Positions 39,357 to 47,197 of a stretch of 51,891 nucleotides of DNA are shown piece by piece. Numbering within the stretch: position 1 is the first letter of the stretch; the number at the start of each line of letters is the position of its first letter. The DNA comes from Deltaproteobacteria bacterium (GTDB taxonomy: Bacteria; Myxococcota; JACRCW01): the NCBI GenBank assembly GCA_016218805.1, contig JACRCW010000097.1, positions 1 to 51,891 of the forward strand, in the 5' to 3' direction. Position numbers and translations under genes: made by a program. The notes beneath the pieces are model-generated. The model did not search any database and was not told the origin of the DNA. It saw only the letters and a program-made list of their open reading frames with translations.

Positions 39357-40223
39357 ATGCGGGTGCTGCTCCTGGTGACCGGACGCGCGGAGGAGCTGGG
39401 CTTGGCCGTGTGTTTGAAGCACGCCTTTCCAGACCATGAGTTCACCACGTGGTTCGGGGATGGCTTCACGTCAAGCTGGCCCATCCCGCGCAACGCACGG
39501 GCGCCGACCAACCTCGACAAGCTCGTACAGCGGCTGGCTGCCGAGGTGGCCTGCCATGATCATGTCGTCCTGGTGGAGGACGCCGATGCGGCGTACTGGA
39601 AGGATGACATGGTGGGCCTGGTTGGCGCGGTGCGAGCCGCTGTCCGCCTTCACCTGGAGAAGACGCTGAATGATCGGATGCGGACGCGCACGGGAGACCT
39701 GCTGAAAGCGCGGGCCTCATTCCACCTCGCTGTTCCCATGCTGGAGGCATGGTTCTTCGCGGACACCGGCGCGCTTCAAGCCGCCGGGGTGCCGGCGGGC
39801 ACCGCGCAGCTTGCCAAAGCTGGTGACATTGAAGACTTCCAGACGGACGACCCCGCGTACGAGTCGGCAGACGGGGCGGAATGTGCGGCCTGGCATGCCA
39901 AGGGAGACCCGGCGAACCAGCGCCCGCAATGGCTGCGCAGCCTCCCGCGCTCGCGGCATCCCAAGGCCTACTTGAGTTGGTTGCTCCGTGCCGCGAATGA
40001 GTTGAATTGCAGCGCCTATCGGGAGACCCGCCAGGGCGTTGATGCGCTTGCCGCGCTGAACCTCCGTGCTGCGGTTGCGGCGCCCGGGCAATGCCGTTTC
40101 CTGCGGGCCCTTGTGGATGACCTCGCAGACGCCCTGGGCGCCGTTCGCCCCGAGGGAGACTGCGGGCAGTTGACCGCTCGCGCCAACCCGGACCGCCTGG
40201 ACCCCGTGCTCCGGAACATCTGA
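39357..40223 (+). CDS. TOPRIM-like / DUF4276-like ATPase partner
   Basis: 2 nt after the ATPase stop; VLLLVTG..E, VEDAD (DxD), PMLEAWFFAD, HPKAYL. Confidence 0.7.
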   Translation: MRVLLLVTGRAEELGLAVCLKHAFPDHEFTTWFGDGFTSSWPIPRNARAPTNLDKLVQRLAAEVACHDHVVLVEDADAAYWKDDMVGLVGAVRAAVRLHLEKTLNDRMRTRTGDLLKARASFHLAVPMLEAWFFADTGALQAAGVPAGTAQLAKAGDIEDFQTDDPAYESADGAECAAWHAKGDPANQRPQWLRSLPRSRHPKAYLSWLLRAANELNCSAYRETRQGVDALAALNLRAAVAAPGQCRFLRALVDDLADALGAVRPEGDCGQLTARANPDRLDPVLRNI

Positions 40224-40304
40224 CTGCGTACGCCGGGGCGACGTAGACGGACGTGGACAGCCGGCTGGAAGCGATCACCAAGCCGGCTGCTCCCGTTGGG
40301 GCTG

Positions 40305-40848
40305 TCACGGACGTCCGCCGCCTCGCGTGCCCGCGATCGCGGGGGGCAGTGGTTCGTCGGGGTGGCCGGCAATCACCGCGGTCGCACCGCACCACCGGAG
40401 ACCGCGCTTGAGATCCTGCAGGAAGGTGTTGCGGCGGACCAGGGCCCTTTGGCGAAGGACCGGGTCGGCCGACATGCGTTCCGGCACGTACAGCGCGACG
40501 ACGAGCCGCGCCCGGTCAAGGCGGGTAATGACCTGTTTTGGGAATTCGTGGCGCCCACCCACGGCCGCGCCCGCGAGTCCGGCCAGCGTGTCGCGGACCT
40601 TCTGGAGGATCTCGTCTTTTGTCGCCGCGCCAAGGCCCGGCTTTGGCAGCCTGCCAGCGGGTGAAATCCGTCACCTCCAGCAGCAGGCAGTGTCTGCCAT
40701 CAAAGGCCACAACGTCCATACTCTTGGAGCCCTCGACCTGGTCCCGTAGCGCCAGCCTCGCGGATGCGTTGTCCCAGGCGCACGCAGACCATCCGTCTGC
40801 GAAGACGAAGACCCGGCCGTCAACGTCGACCTCAAGCGGAGTGCTCAC
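40305..40848 (-). pseudogene. Frameshifted PD-(D/E)xK-like ATPase partner
   Basis: Frame 1 has G.KSMDVV..LLLEVTDF; the protein-like continuation DEILQKVRDTLAGL lies in another frame ending at 40305; span 544 = 3n+1; start overlaps the ATPase stop. Confidence 0.65.
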
Positions 40849-41900
40849 GGCTGTGCCGCCTCCCGCTGGAGGAGGGCAAGTTCCTCGCGGTGGTACGCGG
40901 CGAACTCGTCGAGCACCGGGTTGTGGGAAAGGTCCGCAGCCGTGTCCCCCGACTCCACGTCGACCATTCCGCGCGTGGCACTCAACGCGAAGAACTTCAT
41001 GGGCGGCACAGGCTGACTGCCGCGGTGCTCCGCGATGAGGGACAGGCGATGCAGCAGCAGGTAGTCATGCGTGGCAATGAACACTTGGATTCCCTGTGTT
41101 GCCAACTCAACCAGCACATCGATCACGCCGCGGACGAGGGCCGGATTCAGGTTCGCCTCGGGCTCGTCCCACAACAGGGTGCCCGACTCAGCCAGAGACC
41201 CGTTGGCGATCAGTTGGGCCAGGGAAGCCAGCTTCCGCAGACCTTCCGCGAGCAGGTGCGCTTCAAACTGGCCGGAGCCCGGTTGCGACACGTAGAAGCG
41301 CCCGCCCTTGAGGAACACCCGCCCGCCCAGCACCTTGCTCATAGGGCGCAGCAGGGCGGCGGCAGCCTCGCCTCGGGGCCCACGAAGCTGGGCGCCGGAC
41401 AACATCACGCAGAGGTCGTAGTAGGTCTCGTCGAACGACAACTCCCGGTTCTGGTACGCCGGAATGAACCCTTCAAACATCGCAAGGGCCTCGCGCGTCG
41501 GGAGGAAGACGGCCGGTGATGGCGGCACCCACGTGGCACTGCGAACCGTGACCCGGTTGCCCTTCAGGCCGATGTCAAACACGAGGCGCTTGCCATCAGC
41601 ATCAACCGCGACGGTGCCCGAGTTGCTGCCCCGCCGACGCGTCACCAGCCGACCGACGGCGCCCCCATCGGGCCGGAAGAGCCCGGCCAACTTGTTCGCA
41701 ACGAGGACATCCACCTTGGCCTGCGAGGGACCCTGCAGGTTCCGACTGCGCATGATGGAATGGCAGCCATACAGGAGCTTGAGGAGGTGGGACTTCCCAG
41801 TTCCGTTCTTCCCGATGAACACGTTGATACCGGGGGAGAACGTGAGTTCCGCCCCGGAAAACACCGTGAAGCTGTTCAGCCTGACGGACGTGATGGGCAT
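40845..41900 (-). CDS. Second ABC-type (AAA_15/AAA_21-like) ATPase
   Basis: GINVFIGKNGTGKS, AEGLRKL, WDEPEANLNP, ATHDY; start ATG 41900. Confidence 0.88.
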   Translation of the reverse strand: MPITSVRLNSFTVFSGAELTFSPGINVFIGKNGTGKSHLLKLLYGCHSIMRSRNLQGPSQAKVDVLVANKLAGLFRPDGGAVGRLVTRRRGSNSGTVAVDADGKRLVFDIGLKGNRVTVRSATWVPPSPAVFLPTREALAMFEGFIPAYQNRELSFDETYYDLCVMLSGAQLRGPRGEAAAALLRPMSKVLGGRVFLKGGRFYVSQPGSGQFEAHLLAEGLRKLASLAQLIANGSLAESGTLLWDEPEANLNPALVRGVIDVLVELATQGIQVFIATHDYLLLHRLSLIAEHRGSQPVPPMKFFALSATRGMVDVESGDTAADLSHNPVLDEFAAYHREELALLQREAAQP

Positions 41901-41959
41901 GGGCGCCTCGTCCCATATGCGAAGGAAGGCAGTCAACGAGCCACGCCGGGCGCCTGGGC

Positions 41960-41978
41960 GTCTCACGGATCATGAGAC
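41960..41978. promoter_or_regulatory. Palindromic operator-like site upstream of cas1 and the divergent ATPase
   Basis: GTCTCA-CGGATCA-TGAGAC, 22 nt from the cas1 ATG. Confidence 0.65.
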
Positions 41979-42000
41979 GGGAGCCTGCCAGCCTGACCGC

Positions 42001-43674
42001 ATGTCCACCACCCCGGCCCCCCAGGACGACCGTGCTCCCATATTCCGCGTGATGGCGCTGCACGCGCTCGTGTACTGCGAACGGCTCTTCTACCTGGAGG
42101 AGGTGGAGGAGATCCGAGTCGCCGATGAAGCGGTGTGGGCCGGCCGCGCGCTCCACGAGGAACTTGAAGAACCCGCCGAAGTGGTGGACCTGACGTTGGA
42201 GTCCGCGGCGCTGGGGCTCAAGGGGCGGGTGGATGCGCTGCGCCACCGCGACGGCACGGTCTTCCCGGTGGAACACAAGCGCGGCCGTTCCCGGCGCATG
42301 GGGAAGGACCCGCCGCAGGCCTGGCCATCGGACCGGGTGCAGGCGGTGGCGTACGCCATGCTGCTGGAGGAACACCTGGGCCGCCCGGTGGCTGAAGCCC
42401 GCATCCGCTACCACCGCGACAACGTCACCGTTCGTGTCCCCGTGGAAGAACGCACGCGGCGCGAAGTGCTGGACACCATCCAGCGCGCACGTGTGGTCAC
42501 CGCCCTCCCTCAGCGGCCGCCCGTGACGGAGGATGAGCGCGTCTGCGTGCGGTGTTCGCTGGCGCCCGTGTGCCTGCCGGAGGAGAGCCGCGCCGCCCAG
42601 GAGGGCCCCGACCACGACCCCTCCCTCACGCCGCTGCGGTTGTTCCCACCGGATACCGACCGGCGCAGCCTCCACATCGTCCGGCATGGCGCGCGGGTCG
42701 GTCGGTCGGGGGAGAACCTGGTGGTCAGCGAGGGGTTTGATGAGGTGCAGCGGATTGGCGTGCGGGAGGTGGGTGACGTCTGCCTCCACGGGTTTGCCCA
42801 GGTCACCGCGCAGGCACTCCGCCTCTGTGCGGACGAAGGCATCCCGGTCCACCTGCTCACCAGCAGCGGCAGCCACATCGGCATGTTCGCCGGCCACCAC
42901 GGTGGCGTGCAGCGGCGCTTGCGGCAGTACGCGGGCCTGTCCAAGGAAGAACTGGTGGTCTCCCTGGCCCGCAAGCTGCTCGCCGCCAAGGTGGAGATGC
43001 AACTGCGGCACGTGCTGCGCGCGTCCCGCGAGGAGGAAACCGTCCGCGCGCGGCTGGTGGACCCCATCAGCGTGATGCGTCGCAGCCTTTCCGGTGTCCA
43101 CCGCGCCACGGACCGCGCCGGCATGATGGGCCACGAAGGCGCTGCGGCGCGCGCCTACTGGTCCGCGCTGGGCGAGCTTGTGCTCCCGGACGCCGGCGAG
43201 GAACTGCGCCCCAAGGGTCGCACCCATCGGCCTCCCAAGGACCGGTTCAATGCGCTGCTGTCGTTCGGGTATGGCCTGCTCTACCGGGACATCCTGAGCG
43301 CGCTCATCCGCGTGGGGTTGGAACCCGCGCTCGGCGTGCTGCACCAGCCGCGCAGCGCCGCGTGGCCGCTCGCGCTGGACCTCATGGAGCTGTTCCGTGT
43401 CCCCGTGGTGGACATGGCGGTGCTGGGCGCCGTGAACCGGAAGACGTTTGACGTGAAGGCGGACTTCCAGATCGCGGGACCGCGCGTTTGGCTGAGTGAT
43501 GAAGGGCGTAAGAAGTTCATTGCCGTCTATGAACGCCGCAAACACGAGGAATACCGGCACACGGTGCTGGGGTACTCGCTGTCCTACGCGAGGATGATGG
43601 AACTGGAGGCGCGGCTGATGGAGAAGGAGTGGAGCGGAGAACCCAACGTGTTTGCACGTTTCAGGATCCGGTGA
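42001..43674 (+). CDS. cas1: Cas4-Cas1 fusion (type I-MYXAN)
   Basis: Cas4 part: YCERLF, G.VD, VEHKRG, CVRCSLAPVC. Cas1 part: GHEGAAARAY, NALLSFGY, G.LH, LALDLMELFR. Confidence 0.95.
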   Translation: MSTTPAPQDDRAPIFRVMALHALVYCERLFYLEEVEEIRVADEAVWAGRALHEELEEPAEVVDLTLESAALGLKGRVDALRHRDGTVFPVEHKRGRSRRMGKDPPQAWPSDRVQAVAYAMLLEEHLGRPVAEARIRYHRDNVTVRVPVEERTRREVLDTIQRARVVTALPQRPPVTEDERVCVRCSLAPVCLPEESRAAQEGPDHDPSLTPLRLFPPDTDRRSLHIVRHGARVGRSGENLVVSEGFDEVQRIGVREVGDVCLHGFAQVTAQALRLCADEGIPVHLLTSSGSHIGMFAGHHGGVQRRLRQYAGLSKEELVVSLARKLLAAKVEMQLRHVLRASREEETVRARLVDPISVMRRSLSGVHRATDRAGMMGHEGAAARAYWSALGELVLPDAGEELRPKGRTHRPPKDRFNALLSFGYGLLYRDILSALIRVGLEPALGVLHQPRSAAWPLALDLMELFRVPVVDMAVLGAVNRKTFDVKADFQIAGPRVWLSDEGRKKFIAVYERRKHEEYRHTVLGYSLSYARMMELEARLMEKEWSGEPNVFARFRIR

Positions 43675-43677
43675 CCC

Positions 43678-43974
43678 ATGGCAGAACCGCGACACTGGCA
43701 TCTGGTGATGTACGACGTCAGCGGCCCGGCGATTCTCCGCCAGGTCCACAAGAAGCTGAGCGCTTGGGGGAAGCCCGTGCAGTTATCCGTGTTCCGCGTC
43801 CGCTGCACCGCGCGGGAACTGGAGCAGTTGCGGTTTGAGCTGGCGAAGATCATGGGAGAGGAGGACCGCCTGATGGTCGTCCGCCTGTGCCCCGGTTGCG
43901 CAGCGCGGGTCATGGTGCGTGGCGACATCCCCGCGCCGTTCGAAGAGGACACCGCGCCGTTCATCATGGTATGA
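43678..43974 (+). CDS. cas2: Cas2
   Basis: LVMYDVS, WGKPVQLSVF, EDRL; 98 aa directly after cas1. Confidence 0.95.
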   Translation: MAEPRHWHLVMYDVSGPAILRQVHKKLSAWGKPVQLSVFRVRCTARELEQLRFELAKIMGEEDRLMVVRLCPGCAARVMVRGDIPAPFEEDTAPFIMV

Positions 43975-44219
43975 GCCGCGATCATGGATGGGTCGGCGTT
44001 CGGACACGCCTGGTAGGTTGGCATTCGAATAGGGACGGAAATACAGGGGAATCGACGCGGGCTGTGGAGAGGAGGTGCGTGAATGGTGAAACGCGGAGCA
44101 ATCACGGGATGTTGGCGGGACGTGAGGTGTGCCGCGCGTCGAGTTGCGGTGCTGGGAGGCGCGGTGCGTGTGGAAAGGCGGGAAAAAGCGAGGAAGATGA
44201 GCCGCTTGGAGGGCGGGCG
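43975..44219 (+). promoter_or_regulatory. CRISPR leader (putative)
   Basis: Non-coding 245 bp between cas2 and the first repeat. Confidence 0.6.
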
Positions 44220-45848
44220 GTGAATCCTTCCTTGATGCCGGAAGGCGTTGAGCACCGGAACCGCCTCTACCAGCGTTTCCCCGAGAACTACCGTGAATCC
44301 TTCCTTGATGCCGGAAGGCGTTGAGCACCTGCAGCGGCAGTTGGGATGCAGTGGTGGGCGCAGAACAGTGAATCCTTCCTTGATGCCGGAAGGCGTTGAG
44401 CACCGGCACGCGTGACACAGCGTTGTCTGCGTCGTGTGGTGAATCCTTCCTTGATGCCGGAAGGCGTTGAGCACCACGCGGAGGCGGCGAGGTTCTGCGC
44501 GTGGCTCAAGAGTGAATCCTTCCTTGATGCCGGAAGGCGTTGAGCACCCCGTTCCAGAAAACGTTCCGAGGCAGTCAAAAAAGAGAGTGAATCCTTCCTT
44601 GATGCCGGAAGGCGTTGAGCACATTGCCGCCTCCGCATCCCGAGCTTCCGCAGCGTATGTGAATCCTTCCTTGATGCCGGAAGGCGTTGAGCACAACGGC
44701 CGCGCAAGAGTGCTCCGCCGCCGCAGCAGCAGTGAATCCTTCCTTGATGCCGGAAGGCGTTGAGCACGAAACGGAACGCCGCTGTATGTACGTAGCGATG
44801 ACGTGAATCCTTCCTTGATGCCGGAAGGCGTTGAGCACACAGACTTTGAGCACGTGTTTCCTGTAGATCTTGAGTGAATCCTTCCTTGATGCCGGAAGGC
44901 GTTGAGCACCGTGCGACGGCGCGGCGTGCCCGCAGGCGTTCAACTTGTGAATCCTTCCTTGATGCCGGAAGGCGTTGAGCACCTGATGGAGATGGACAAC
45001 GACGCCGGAATCACGGGTGAATCCTTCCTTGATGCCGGAAGGCGTTGAGCACAAAGTCGTAACAATAGATAGGACCCTCCACCCGGGTGAATCCTTCCTT
45101 GATGCCGGAAGGCGTTGAGCACGAGAATGGTTGGATTTGGTCACTTGGGAAGGTGACGTGAATCCTTCCTTGATGCCGGAAGGCGTTGAGCACTTCACGA
45201 TGACGTCTCCGCCACCACCTCCACCACTTCCGGTGAATCCTTCCTTGATGCCGGAAGGCGTTGAGCACTCGGTGAGCTGGGGTGAGGAGGAGAACTCCAC
45301 CGGGTAGGTGAATCCTTCCTTGATGCCGGAAGGCGTTGAGCACACAGGACAGGACACCACCATGACCACGATGAGCTACCGTGAATCCTTCCTTGATGCC
45401 GGAAGGCGTTGAGCACGCGCGCGGCGGGGCCCAGCGCGCCTCTTGGTGCCAGTGAATCCTTCCTTGATGCCGGAAGGCGTTGAGCACCAACTGGCGCATC
45501 GCCCGGTCCACTGCCCGTATCGTCGTGAATCCTTCCTTGATGCCGGAAGGCGTTGAGCACATGCGCCACGTTGCCGTGATTGTCCTCGCTGGTGTGCGTG
45601 AATCCTTCCTTGATGCCGGAAGGCGTTGAGCACACGGAGGGAATTGCAACGCGCGCGGATTCACACCTGTGAATCCTTCCTTGATGCCGGAAGGCGTTGA
45701 GCACACGACGACAACGACGACCGCCACCACCACCACCACGTGAATCCTTCCTTGATGCCGGAAGGCGTTGAGCACCGCCTGCGCGCGCTGCGTGACGCGG
45801 GGCTTGTTACGGGTGAATCCTTCCTTGATGCCGGAAGGCGTTGAGCAC
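44220..45848 (+). CRISPR. CRISPR array: 23 identical 36-bp repeats, 22 spacers of 34-39 bp
   Basis: Repeat GTGAATCCTTCCTTGATGCCGGAAGGCGTTGAGCAC; the TTGATGCCG..AGGCGTTGAGCAC 3' half is typical of Cmx8-type I-B repeats. Confidence 0.99.
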
Positions 45849-45916
45849 GCACTGTGGCTGCCCCCCCCCCCCCCGGGATACCTGTTCAGACGGCCGCCCC
45901 GCCGACCGGGGAAGGC

Positions 45917-46864
45917 CTACTCGCCATAGTGGGAGAGCGCCGCCGCGAGCTCCTTCCTCACCTTCACGCGCAACTCGGGTGGTTCCAGCACCTCCGCCTT
46001 GGCTCCCCAGTTGAGAACCCAGTGCGTGACCTCCTGCAAGCCGGCCACGGTGGCGCGCACCACGGCGCCCCCGTCCGCCTGCCGCTCCACCTGCTGGTCA
46101 TCGGTGAGCGGCCACTCGTTGACGAACCGCCCGCCGCTCGGATCGATGCGAACCGCGACTGCGACCGAGGGCGCGTTCCACACGCCGACGCTGTGCGCGA
46201 ACAGCTTCTCCGCGTCATAGCCCTCGCGGTGCGGGGCCTTCTCCGGGAGGAGGACCACGTCCGCCGCGCGTGAGGGCTTGAACACGCGCCAACCTCCGCT
46301 GAGGCGGTCCCAGGCTGTGACGTAGAGTTGTTGGTGCACCATGCGCATTTCACGTGGTTCCACGATGCGTTCGGACGGGGAGAACGCGCTGGCGGACTGG
46401 TAGAGCAGGCGGACGCAGCGCCGCTCGGCGGCGGCGCGGTCCAGGAAGGTGACCACCTCCGGCCGGGCGGAGGCGGTTCCGGCACCGCCCACCGTGAGTG
46501 GGACGTTGGCGGGGGCGTTCTTCGCATACTGCCGGACCAGACCATCCAGTTCCTTGAACGCCTGCGTGCCGCGCAGGGGTTCCGCGGCATTGCGCAGGAC
46601 AATGAGCGCGGTGAGCTGGAGTGGCGTGGGTTTCAGCGGTGGGACGTCCCAGTCCAGGAGGTAGCGGGTCTCGCCGTTGACCACCTCCGTGGTGATGGGG
46701 ATCTGGGTGTCCATGAGGAGCTGGATATCCCGGTATGCCGTGGCGCGGCTGATGCCGGCGCGTTCGGCGAGTTGTTCGGCACGGAGGCCACGGCGGACGG
46801 TGCTGAGTTCCCGCACGTGGCACAGGATGCGGGTGATGATGGCGCGGCTCTGGGTTCGGGGCAT
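45917..46864 (-). CDS. HTH-WYL-WCX transcriptional regulator
   Basis: wHTH LAERAGISRATAYRDIQLL; WYL core Y.S..RIVEP..LYVTAWD...WRVFK.SR; C-terminal WVLNWG.AEVLEPPELR; start ATG 46864. Confidence 0.92.
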   Translation of the reverse strand: MPRTQSRAIITRILCHVRELSTVRRGLRAEQLAERAGISRATAYRDIQLLMDTQIPITTEVVNGETRYLLDWDVPPLKPTPLQLTALIVLRNAAEPLRGTQAFKELDGLVRQYAKNAPANVPLTVGGAGTASARPEVVTFLDRAAAERRCVRLLYQSASAFSPSERIVEPREMRMVHQQLYVTAWDRLSGGWRVFKPSRAADVVLLPEKAPHREGYDAEKLFAHSVGVWNAPSVAVAVRIDPSGGRFVNEWPLTDDQQVERQADGGAVVRATVAGLQEVTHWVLNWGAKAEVLEPPELRVKVRKELAAALSHYGE

Positions 46865-47074
46865 GGGGGTACCGTGATAGTACCGGGGCCCTTGGGGTGG
46901 AACGTCAGCGCGAGGAGTGGCCGTGTACGTCACTACGTTGAAGGCGCAGGGGATGCGGTGTTTTGACGGTTTGAAACCTGGGTTCCGCCGGCAGGGGAGC
47001 GAAGTCCCGGAGGGCGCACGCTGCCGGTTCCATTTCGTTCGAGTGGGCATTCCCACCGGCGGGTGTCGATGACC

Positions 47075-47197
47075 ATGGACTTCTTCGAGTTGGACACACG
47101 CGAGGCTCTCCTCCGGGACCGCTGCGAGATCATCAAGGCGCAGTGGTTTGCCCACTACTTCAAGGAAGCGGTGCGCTACCTGGAGAACCACTCATGA
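47075..47197 (+). other. 40-aa ORF or gene remnant whose stop overlaps the amidohydrolase start
   Basis: MDFFELDTREALLRDRCEIIKAQWFAHYFKEAVRYLENHS; ATGA overlap at 47194-47197. Confidence 0.35.

Noticed and set aside
41959..41979. CGTCTC/GAGACG pair equals two BsmBI sites, suggesting an engineered construct
   Set aside because: No vector, marker or tag sequence; the sister site at 36160 lacks the second full site; a natural operator is more parsimonious.
45194..45232. Spacer resembles the poly-Pro coding stretch near 7865-7890
   Set aside because: Low-complexity CCA/CCG triplet match only.
45776..45812. Last spacer resembles 11141-11160 in the radical SAM gene (possible self-target)
   Set aside because: Only about 20 nt of GC-rich similarity with a mismatch and a gap; expected by chance.
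43584..45852. ORFs with repeated CSTPSGIKEGFT / LNAFRHQGRIH peptides
   Set aside because: Translations of the CRISPR repeat, not proteins.
46960..46977. GTTTTGACGGTTTGAAAC upstream of WYL as a third operator copy
   Set aside because: Arms and spacing do not fit GTCTCA-N7-TGAGAC.
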